Part shown: positions 50,897 through 59,695 of the stretch, piece after piece | How positions within the stretch are numbered: position 1 is the first letter of the stretch | Layout: the number at the start of each line of letters is the position of its first letter | From: an uncultured Gemmatimonadales bacterium | Lineage (GTDB): Bacteria > Gemmatimonadota > Gemmatimonadetes > Gemmatimonadales > Gemmatimonadaceae | Direction of reading: 5' to 3' | NCBI GenBank assembly: GCA_963850905.1 | Contig: CAWKMU010000003.1 | Span: 1,728,001-1,792,000, forward strand | Length of the DNA stretch: 64,000 nucleotides | The notes under the pieces: model-generated | Database searches by the model: none | Told to the model about the DNA's origin: nothing | Seen by the model: the letters and a program-made list of their open reading frames with translations, nothing else | Position numbers and translations under genes: made by a program

Positions 50897-51803
50897 ATGC
50901 CTCGTCACTTTCTCGCAATCCCGGACTTCAGCCGGTCCGAGCTCGGCGCCCTGCTCGCTCTGGCGGAATGCATGCGCGCGGGCGAGTACCACCACACGCC
51001 GCTCGCGGGGAAATCGCTCGCGATGATCTTCATGAAATCGTCGACGCGCACCCGCGTGTCTTTCGAGGTCGGCACCTCGCAGCTCGGCGGGCACGCGTTG
51101 TTTCTCTCGCCGCGTGACTGTCAACTCGGCCGCGACGAGTCGATCGCCGACACGGCGCGCGTGCTTTCGCGCTACGTCAATGCAATCATGATCCGAACGT
51201 ATCGCGCACGCGGATGTCGAGGAGCTCGCGCGCTATGCCTCGGTGCCGGTGATCAATGGATTGACCGATCTCCTACACCCCTGTCAGGTGCTGGCCGACG
51301 TGCTGACGATGCAGCAGAGTCTTGGCGGGTGGGAGGGCAAGCGCGTCGCATGGATTGGCGACGGCAACAACGTCGCGAATTCGTGGATCAACGCGGCGTA
51401 CCGGCTCGGGTTTCCGCTCACGCTCGCGTGTCCGGAGGGATACGAACCGGACGCCGCTGTCCTGGGGCGCGCACAAGGGGAGGGCGCGGCGGTGCGCGTC
51501 GTTCGCGATCCCGCCGAGGCGACGTCGGGCGTCGACGTCGTGACGACTGACGTGTGGGCCTCGATGGGTCAGGAAGAAGAGCACGAGCGCCGCGCACGGG
51601 CCTTGGACGGCTATCAGGTCAATGCGAAGCTGATGGCGCGCGCGGCGAAGAATGCCATCTTCCTGCACTGCCTCCCGGCTCACCGTGGTGAGGAAGTGAC
51701 CGCCGAGGTCATCGACGGCCCGCAGAGTCGCGTGTGGGACGAGGCGGAGAACCGCCTGCATGTCCAGAAGGCGCTGATGGCGATGTTGATGGCAGAGAGC
51801 TAG
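50897..51803 (+). CDS. argF: Ornithine carbamoyltransferase (frameshifted near 51203)
   Basis: SSTRT, HPCQ, GDGNN, WASMG, FLHCLP. Confidence 0.93.
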
Positions 51804-51828
51804 ACCCCAACCTGAGACCCCACCCAGC

Positions 51829-52326
51829 ATGGTTAAAGAACAGGAGCAGGCGCCCGACTTCACTGTGCAGACCGACGAGGGCAAGGATCTGCGGCTCTCT
51901 GCACTGCGAGGCCAGCCCGTCGTGCTGTACTTCTATCCCAAGGACGACACGCCCGGATGCACGGTCGAGGCGTGTGAGCTCCGGGATGCGTTTCCTCGGT
52001 TCAAGAAATCCGACGCGGTGATTCTGGGGGTGAGCCCCGATGACGTCGCTTCTCATCAGAAATTCAAGCGCAAGTTCGAGCTCCCGTTCACGTTGCTCGC
52101 CGACACGGATCACGCGATCGCCGAGCGCTACGGCGTCTGGGTGGAAAAATCCATGTACGGCAGGCACTACATGGGCGTCCAGCGAGCGACGTTCATCATC
52201 GGGGCCGACGGCACCGTCGCCAAGGTCTTTCCCAAGGTGAAGCCGGAAGGGCACGCGGCCGAAGTCGAAGCGGAGATCACACAGCTCAAGGCCAGCGGAA
52301 CGGGGACGGCGAAGCAGCGAAAGTGA
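51829..52326 (+). CDS. bcp: Thioredoxin-dependent peroxiredoxin BCP
   Basis: YFYPKDDTPGCTVEAC. Confidence 0.93.
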   Translation: MVKEQEQAPDFTVQTDEGKDLRLSALRGQPVVLYFYPKDDTPGCTVEACELRDAFPRFKKSDAVILGVSPDDVASHQKFKRKFELPFTLLADTDHAIAERYGVWVEKSMYGRHYMGVQRATFIIGADGTVAKVFPKVKPEGHAAEVEAEITQLKASGTGTAKQRK

Positions 52327-52632
52327 TAGGGGGGAGCCGATACTCCTGACCGCCCATGGCCTGGGCGGGTCCTGGCAGGGTGGTCGTCCCTGTTGGTATC
52401 TCGTTGGGGGGGCGCGTATTAGGCCGGACGCCTCTGGGCGCCATTCTGCGGTCGGGATGACCGAATTGGATGTGTTACGAACGGTGCCCGACACCGCATG
52501 GTGTGACAGTCGGGTCACTCGGCGTGACGGGCACTTTCGGCCCTCGCTCTAGTTTGGTCTGCGTCGCTGCTCGCGAACCGAGCACGCTGATTCGATGCGT
52601 GCGCCGAGCGGCCGTGCAAACGGCGAGGCCCG

Positions 52633-53298
52633 ATGTTCTCCTTCACGCGCGGGCGCTGCGCGCCCGAGAAAGCCGCGGAGCAAGACACCGAACGTAATGA
52701 CGGTCCGGCCGCGTGCGCCGGGTCGCCTCCTCGGCGCCGCGGGTTTACGGTGATCGAGATGGTGATCGTCGTCACACTGGTCGCCATCGTCACCGCGATT
52801 GCGATGCCCAAGATCAACTACACCGCGTGGCGGGTCGATGTCGGCGCGCGCGGCATTCGCGCCGCGCTCCAGAAGGCGGCGACGTTGGCCGTGGCGTCAC
52901 AGCACAACATGCTGGTCGCCGTCGACGTGCCCAACGGTCGCATGTTCATCGTCGAAGACGTGAACAACAATCTGCAGGCTGATCCGGGCGAACGTGTCAC
53001 CTCGGTCGCTCTGCAAGACGGTGTCATCTTCGCTGTCCCCGGCAGCACGTGGGCCGGCGCGCCGGCGCCGACGGGCGCCATCACTGGCACGACGCTCGCG
53101 ACCATCGGCGTCAACGGCCAGTCGCTTCCGGGGTTCGTCTTCCGCTGTGACGGCGCCGCGAGCACCGACGCGCAGATCTATGTGTCGTCGACGCGCGGGC
53201 TGGCCACGGATTTCCGTGGCGTCAACGTCACGCAGACAACCAGCCGCACGGACTGGTATCGCGACGAGGGGGCGATATGGACGCCCGGCGGGTTCTGA
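52633..53298 (+). CDS. Minor pilin, FimT/GspH-like
   Basis: RRRG|FTVIEMVIVV prepilin motif; first gene of the minor-pilin cluster; start uncertain. Confidence 0.8.
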   Translation: MFSFTRGRCAPEKAAEQDTERNDGPAACAGSPPRRRGFTVIEMVIVVTLVAIVTAIAMPKINYTAWRVDVGARGIRAALQKAATLAVASQHNMLVAVDVPNGRMFIVEDVNNNLQADPGERVTSVALQDGVIFAVPGSTWAGAPAPTGAITGTTLATIGVNGQSLPGFVFRCDGAASTDAQIYVSSTRGLATDFRGVNVTQTTSRTDWYRDEGAIWTPGGF

Positions 53299-53697
53299 TG
53301 CGCTCCGCAACGCGCACCCGCCGCACGCCGCGGGATGACGCTGATCGAGACGATGGTGGCCATCACGATCCTCGCGACCGCGCTCATTGGGCTCGGGGAT
53401 TTCATGGGTCACTTCGCTCACACCACCAAGGTGTCTGCGCTCCAGCAACGTGCGCTCGATCTCGCCTCGGACCGGATCGATTCGGTCAAGCACTGCAACA
53501 ACTACGCGTCGATCGACAGCATGGCCGGCACGCAAGCCGTCGCAGCCGACTCCGCGACGTACTCGCTGCAAACGATCGTCGACCATGTCGGCGGTGGCTC
53601 GAGCGACACGGTCGACTATCGGGTCGTCACGGTGGCCGTCACCATGCCGACCGTGCAGACGCCGGTTCGCAAGACCACCATCATTTCGGCCTTCTAG
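53298..53697 (+). CDS. Minor pilin, PilV-like (leader frameshifted)
   Basis: ARRG|MTLIETMVA; ATG at 53298 overlaps upstream TGA but is one base out of frame. Confidence 0.75.
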
Positions 53698-53709
53698 GGA
53701 CTTTCTTCC

Positions 53710-54964
53710 ATGCGTCCACGCTCTCGTTGGCCCCAAGACTCGTGGGAGAAGGCGCGGTGCGCGGGCGCTCCGGCCGGTGTGAACCGTGCCGGACGCACCG
53801 CCCACCGGAGCGATAATCGGCCGGTCCCAGGCGCACAGCTCGCCGGCGGCTTCACGCTGGTCGAGATCATGATCGCGATGACGCTCTTCACGATCCTCGG
53901 CGCGGCGGCCTTGAGCTTCATCGTGCGGCAAACGCGTGCCGTCACGCTCACGGCCGGGCGCCTCGATGCCCAGCAGAACGTGAGCTTCGCCATGGATGAG
54001 ATGGCCCATGATCTCCGGGTTGCCGGCGGGGGACTGGGCCTGCGGCAGCCAATGATCATCGAGGCGCATCCGTACGCCGTGACCTTCAACGCGGATCTCG
54101 TGACGACCGATACCGCGACCGTGACGTCCGCCAGTTACTACGATCCAAACGTTCCCAACGCGCTCGCCGTTGCGCTCACGCCCGCAAACCACATCGTGCT
54201 GCCCTACTCGCCGGTGACCTATCCGGACAGCACGTACTTGCAGGGCACAGGGCTGATCAGCAACGCCGAGACCATCTCCTATTGGGTGACCCCCGATTCG
54301 ACGACGCTGCGCCCCGACGACTATCTCTTGCTCAGGCAGGTCAACAATGCGCCGCCCACTGTCGTCGCACGGGGGCTCGTGTTCCCCACGGGCGGGCCGG
54401 CCTTCCGCTACTTCATGCCCGGAACGACCGTCAACTCGCGTGTCGAGCTGACCGCGCCGACGCTTCCCCTGTATTTCAAAGAGGGCAACATCGGACCGGA
54501 CACGATGCTCGCCAAGCTGAGCGAGGTCCGCGTCCAGCTCGATGGCGGTATATAAAGACCCCATCGAGGGGGACGTCTACCGCAGCGTGAACGAAAACGT
54601 CCCGCTGCTCAACGCAGGATTGCTCCACGCCTCTGCGTGCGGCGTGCCGCCTCAGGCACCGGTATCGATCACGCCGACCGCGTGGCCGAGCGGTGACAGC
54701 ATCGGTGTGACGTGGCCTGCGTCGAACGATGAGCTCGGCGGACAGCGCGACGTCAAGAGCTACTCCATATACCGGCGAGACACCACGGGCGGCAGTTGGG
54801 GCACTCCGATCTACACTGTGCCCGGTGCCGGTACGCCCACGTACGCGTTCGAGGACAAGACGGTCCCGCTTGGCCAGAATTACGAGTACGGTGTCGTTGC
54901 GCGCGACTGCACGCCGGCGTTGTCGACGCTGACCGCGTCCGGCACTGTCACGCCGAACCCGTGA
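53710..54964 (+). CDS. Minor pilin, PilW-like, with C-terminal fibronectin-III-like domain (frameshift near 54540)
   Basis: AGG|FTLVEIMIA; second ORF has FN3-like W..Y..Y pattern. Confidence 0.7.
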
Positions 54965-54981
54965 AACGCTGGGAGCTTTCG

Positions 54982-57126
54982 ATGCACGTCATCAGAGCGC
55001 AGTCAAGGAGTGGCATGGTCACCGGCCTCCGCGCCCGTCGCGGGTCCGCGATCTTTCTCGTGATGGTCATGACGATCGCGCTCGCTGCACTGGCCGCATC
55101 GGCCATGCTCATGGCGTCGGGCGCGGGCCTTGTGTCCAACTATCACAGCCAGGAACGCGACCTCCTGTACGGTGGAGAGGCCGCGCTCCAGGCCGGCATG
55201 AGTGACCTCAGCAACAATCCGTACGTGCTGCCCGAGAGCGGGTACGTGCAGATCGCGAGCAATGCGCAGCTCGTGGCAGCGGACGGTTCGAACGTGCCGA
55301 ACGTGGTCTACGATCTCTACGCCGGCCCGACCGGATCGGCGACGCAGCAACAGGGGCGGTTCGTCACGGTGGTGGCGATCGCGAAAGACACCGCGCGGCA
55401 GCGCGAATTCATCCGACGTGTCGAGCTCAATCAGGAGACGTTCTCGCGATTCGCCTACTTCTCGGTCTCCGAGAACGGCATCTGCTTCGGTTCCAACGAC
55501 CGCCTGAACGGGCCAGTCTTCTCCGACGATGTCATCACGACGTGTGGCGCACCGCAGAAGGCCGATTTCATGGACTCAGTGTGGACGCCACAGACGTTCG
55601 TCAACGGCGACCCCGCGCAGGATACACTCTACGATGGGTGGACCAAGGTCGCACAGCCGCTGCAACTGCCGAGCACCGCGGCGCTGGCAGGGCTGTATCC
55701 CCTGGCGGCAGCGGGCGGGACGCAGTTCACGACGCCCAATACGGCCACCGATTCGACGTCGGCGATTCTGTCGCGCCTCGAGTTCGACGCCTATGACCTG
55801 AACGGCGACGGCGACAGCATCCAGGCTGGTGAAGGGTTTGTGAAGTTCTATCAGGTCGACGTTGGGACCAAACCGCTCGTGCCATCGCCAACGGGGTCGT
55901 GGACGCCGGCGCAGCTGGACTCCGTCGCCGTTGGCTATCTGCGCTCGGGGATCACGCGCCAGCACGACAACAACAACTGTGGTGAGTGGCGCTACGTACA
56001 AGACGACAACGGCAATCTGGAGTGGGAGTTCTTCCCGATGGCCGTGCACGCGACCGCGTGGTACAAGACGATCGTCGGCAACGCGGTCGGCGGCGCCGTG
56101 CCCCCCGCCATCTCGAGCGCGAACCACACTGAGGCGACGGTTGTTGGCGCATTCGCGCCGGCAGACACGATAACGTTGACCGGGGTGACCAAGTTCCCCG
56201 CGCGCAACGGCGACTCATCTCACCCGCCACGCTGCTACCTGGGCGGTGACCCGCGGCTGGTCTCGATCGAGCGTGACACCTCCGCGGCCGCGCCGATGCG
56301 GACGGGTTCGCAGTGGGGCACCATGGGCTGGACCTACGGCCGCCGCGGCGGCACGGACACCACATTCACCGGCGGCGACCCCAGCGATGCGGCGCATCCC
56401 ACACGGATGGGGCACTGGATCCCGTGGACCGGAGCGACTCCCGCGGCCTTTACCCCGGCATTCCAGGCCTCTCACCCGGACTGGCGCTATCTCTTCCCCA
56501 TCAGCCAGACGTACAACCCGAGCTTCAGGGGCGTCATCGCAGTCCACGGGAGCGTCGGCGTGAGCGGGAACGTCCAAGGCCACGTCACGATGTATAGCGA
56601 TGGCTTCATCGCCGTCCTGGACAACCTGCGATTGACGGACGATGCCGATACGACCTGCCAACATCTCATGGGAATGGTTGCGGGCCAGGACATTCTGGCG
56701 GCCGACAACGGGGTCAATTCACCTGCGGGCGACAATGCCCTACGGCTCAACATGCGCGGCGGGTCGAGCGACCTCTGGGTCGAATCAACCATCTTTGCGC
56801 TATCGTCGTGGGGCGCCGAAGGGCTCGTGCAGGATCCCGGCGTCCTGTTCGTGCCGCTCCAGCAGGCATGCAACGCGCAAAACTACGCCCGCGGCTGCCT
56901 GCATGTGCAGGGGAGCATCATCCAGAACACGCGCCAAGGCGTGAACGGTGGTAACGGAACGACGACCGGGTACGGCTACGCGAAGCAATACAACTTTGAC
57001 AATTGCTCGGTCGAGAACCCGCTCCCGTTCTTCCCGACCACCGGCCGCTTCAGCGTGAACAACTACTATGAGAGCGATCCGGTGCACTTCAATGTCGCCG
57101 CGTTGTTTGCCGCGCTGAAACCCTGA
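54982..57126 (+). CDS. Very large PilX-like minor pilin / putative tip adhesin
   Basis: RRG|SAIFLVMV (no Glu5, typical of PilX), EAALQAG; ~714 aa. Confidence 0.7.
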   Translation: MHVIRAQSRSGMVTGLRARRGSAIFLVMVMTIALAALAASAMLMASGAGLVSNYHSQERDLLYGGEAALQAGMSDLSNNPYVLPESGYVQIASNAQLVAADGSNVPNVVYDLYAGPTGSATQQQGRFVTVVAIAKDTARQREFIRRVELNQETFSRFAYFSVSENGICFGSNDRLNGPVFSDDVITTCGAPQKADFMDSVWTPQTFVNGDPAQDTLYDGWTKVAQPLQLPSTAALAGLYPLAAAGGTQFTTPNTATDSTSAILSRLEFDAYDLNGDGDSIQAGEGFVKFYQVDVGTKPLVPSPTGSWTPAQLDSVAVGYLRSGITRQHDNNNCGEWRYVQDDNGNLEWEFFPMAVHATAWYKTIVGNAVGGAVPPAISSANHTEATVVGAFAPADTITLTGVTKFPARNGDSSHPPRCYLGGDPRLVSIERDTSAAAPMRTGSQWGTMGWTYGRRGGTDTTFTGGDPSDAAHPTRMGHWIPWTGATPAAFTPAFQASHPDWRYLFPISQTYNPSFRGVIAVHGSVGVSGNVQGHVTMYSDGFIAVLDNLRLTDDADTTCQHLMGMVAGQDILAADNGVNSPAGDNALRLNMRGGSSDLWVESTIFALSSWGAEGLVQDPGVLFVPLQQACNAQNYARGCLHVQGSIIQNTRQGVNGGNGTTTGYGYAKQYNFDNCSVENPLPFFPTTGRFSVNNYYESDPVHFNVAALFAALKP

Positions 57127-57158
57127 ATGACACGCGCCGAAAACCAAATCTCTGTCGC

Positions 57159-58031
57159 CTATGCCTTGGCCTTCCCCCCGCCGTGGCTCTCGGACGATGC
57201 CCCGCCTCCACTCTTGGGCGCGCTTCTCGGTTCACCGCGGGGTGCACGTGTGTTAGACGGGTGAGCAGCGGGTGCTGTCGCCTCGGGCTCCACTGGTGCG
57301 CGGGCGAGCTGCATCCGTTGCGAGGCCAGGGTGACGGTGGGAAGCGAACGGTCGTAGTAGGGACCCGCCCACGGCGGGAGCCAGCCCCAACTCCACGGGC
57401 CCGGCCCCCAAATGCGGGGTACTGAGATCGGCGGCGCCGCGGCGCGAGGCGGCGGAGCGCTACCACCCGACGACGGCATTGCTGAGGATGTGCGGACGGC
57501 CGCGGTGTCGATCACGAAGGCGACGATGTCATAGTCGAACCGGCCGCGCGCCACGCCTTTCACGAACGCGGTGAGCTGTGACTCGACCGCGTTTGGATTT
57601 TCTACCCGCGGGATGGCGCGATAATCCCAATGTCCGTTGGTCGCCACTTCGTCGAGCCGGAAGGGCAGGTCGGAGATTGCCGCGTACCAGGTGCCGGACC
57701 CGGACGAGTCCTCGACGGTGAACGCGGCCCGACCGCCACGGCTCAATATCTCGATGTCGGTGTCTGCACTCACCCGGTCCGACAGGCCAGGATCGATAGG
57801 CCAGGCGATGCTGACATGGCCGTCCGGGTTGGCATAGAGGACGACCAGGTATCCATCCTGCCCGACCTGCACGCGGACCTGCCCGTCCGATCCGGGCGTG
57901 TACCGTGCTTGGTCGAGGAAGAGGCGGACGGGAATACCGTCCGCAACGTGCGGTGGCACAGCCGGACGTACCGGCCTGGCATGCATCGGGACTGCAGCAG
58001 CAACAGCGGCAAGCAAGGCGGCGACACGCAT
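57159..58031 (-). CDS. Secreted DUF4384-like protein with low-complexity tail
   Basis: Signal peptide; DGYLVVL..PDG.V..WP.DP motif; Pro/Trp/Gly-rich C-terminus. Confidence 0.6.
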   Translation of the reverse strand: MRVAALLAAVAAAVPMHARPVRPAVPPHVADGIPVRLFLDQARYTPGSDGQVRVQVGQDGYLVVLYANPDGHVSIAWPIDPGLSDRVSADTDIEILSRGGRAAFTVEDSSGSGTWYAAISDLPFRLDEVATNGHWDYRAIPRVENPNAVESQLTAFVKGVARGRFDYDIVAFVIDTAAVRTSSAMPSSGGSAPPPRAAAPPISVPRIWGPGPWSWGWLPPWAGPYYDRSLPTVTLASQRMQLARAPVEPEATAPAAHPSNTRAPRGEPRSAPKSGGGASSESHGGGKAKA

Positions 58032-58187
58032 GGGTCAACTCCTGGCGGTCAGCTGAGGCAAGAGGCCGTCACCGGCACCAACGATGAATCTAGATGTTGT
58101 ACACCAATGTGCGGTCGTTGGACCGGCAGCCTGCTCCCAACGCCCCGTCAGCCCCGACGCTTCGCCCTTCTCCCCGCGTTCCGCGTC

Positions 58188-59066
58188 CTATTGTCGCAAA
58201 GGCAAAACGTAGGTCCCACCGACCTCCGGCTGCCCATCAGTGTGCACACCATTATCGTCGCGCGCAAAGATGACGCGAGTGCCGACTCGGATCGACACGT
58301 GAGGCAGCGCCGCCGCTGGCGGCAACTGAACGTCATACGTCACGCCGGGCGTCCCGTGAGCATCAACAGTGATCGTGCCATTCCCGACGATGTATGTCGG
58401 ACCGTCTGCGCTCGCAGTCACTGACACCTGCGAGGCAACCGCCGGCAAAATGCGCACCACGCTGCTCGATTCCGGGCTGCGAAAGACGAGATCAACCCTG
58501 CCGCTCCCGGGGATCGCCACGCCGCGCGGCGACGCTGGTGCCATCGCCGGTGCGGCGCTCGTGACGATAGCAGGGGCTACGGGCGCGGGCGCTGACGCAC
58601 GCGGGCGGCTGATGATGCGCGCGATGAATTGTCGCACCGGCGAATGTGGTGCGGCCGCTGCCGCCGCCGCGGCACTCAGGGCGAGGATCACAGCGCTCCG
58701 TCTGACCGCGACCGCAAGCGTCGAGCGATGCGGCTGCGCGGCGTCGGGCCCGGATGCCGCCGCGCCTCGCTGCGCGACCAGGCGCCGCCGGCCTCGCCCG
58801 AGAGCCGCCCGTTCGATCGCGCCGCCGGCGACGTGAGCTCGGTCGAAGTCGATCGTTTGCGCCTCGAGGAAGGACACGTTGAGCGCGGGGGCGGGGTGAT
58901 CCAGCAGGCGCAGCAGATCACCCACCTCGCGGTCGGCTGTTTGTGCCGTCGCGATGGCGCTCATACACTCTTCGCAGGTCGCGGCATGCGCTCGCGCATC
59001 GTGGCCGCTCGCCCCTCCTCCAGAGGGATCGAGCGCGGCGGCGAGGTCCGCATCATTGAGATGCAT
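58188..59066 (-). CDS. Zinc-binding (ZAS/zf-HC2) membrane anti-sigma factor
   Basis: MHL..., HAATCEEC (HxxxCxxC), hydrophobic segment, extracytoplasmic beta region; overlaps sigma stop. Confidence 0.75.
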   Translation of the reverse strand: MHLNDADLAAALDPSGGGASGHDARAHAATCEECMSAIATAQTADREVGDLLRLLDHPAPALNVSFLEAQTIDFDRAHVAGGAIERAALGRGRRRLVAQRGAAASGPDAAQPHRSTLAVAVRRSAVILALSAAAAAAAAPHSPVRQFIARIISRPRASAPAPVAPAIVTSAAPAMAPASPRGVAIPGSGRVDLVFRSPESSSVVRILPAVASQVSVTASADGPTYIVGNGTITVDAHGTPGVTYDVQLPPAAALPHVSIRVGTRVIFARDDNGVHTDGQPEVGGTYVLPLRQ

Positions 59067-59640
59067 GGCGTACTCCAGGGCCAATGGTCGTGCCCGTGCC
59101 AGACCGCACGTGCCGGGCGTCAACCGCGCCGCGAAACATGCGTGTGGCACGCACCAATAAGGTGCCTACACTACTTTCCGCCACGCCGACGGCTTGGGCC
59201 AGCTCCCGATAGCTGTAGCCTTCGTGGCGGAGCAACAGAAGAGCCCGATCGCGTTCGGGCAAGGCATCGAGTGCGGCGCGCACCTGCGACCGAGTCTCCC
59301 GGACCAACGCATCGGCGTCCGCTGCGGCCGGTTCGCTGGCGTGAGTCTCGGTCCCGTGCTCGAGAACGAGCTCCGCTCGCCGGCGCGCCTGGCGGCGTTG
59401 ATCACGAAAGAGGTTCGTCGCCACCGTCGCGAGCCACGCACGCGGGTCGTCCGGCATGGTGCCGCGTCGGTGTAGACGGACGAACGTGTCCTGGGCGAGG
59501 TCTTGGGCCAAGTCGGGGTCGCCGGTTAGGCGGTCGAGGTACCGAAACAACGATTGAAAACGTGCGTGATACAGCGCGGACAGCGCGTCCGCGAAGGAAT
59601 CGCCACCGGAAGGACGAACCGTCGTCATCGGAGCGAGCAC
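59053..59640 (-). CDS. ECF RNA polymerase sigma factor
   Basis: AQDLAQDTF, AWLATVATN (region 2); LPERDR..LLLR.EGYSYRELA (region 4). Confidence 0.9.
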   Translation of the reverse strand: MLAPMTTVRPSGGDSFADALSALYHARFQSLFRYLDRLTGDPDLAQDLAQDTFVRLHRRGTMPDDPRAWLATVATNLFRDQRRQARRRAELVLEHGTETHASEPAAADADALVRETRSQVRAALDALPERDRALLLLRHEGYSYRELAQAVGVAESSVGTLLVRATRMFRGAVDARHVRSGTGTTIGPGVRHASQ

Positions 59641-59695
59641 AATAGAGGAGCGGCTGAGGGCGGCGCTTTATGACAAAAGATCCCTGCCGGCACGT

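Noticed and set aside
16146..54545. Programmed ribosomal frameshifting or phase variation at the broken genes
   Set aside because: No slippery heptamers or SSR tracts at the breaks; essential genes affected; sequencing error is more parsimonious
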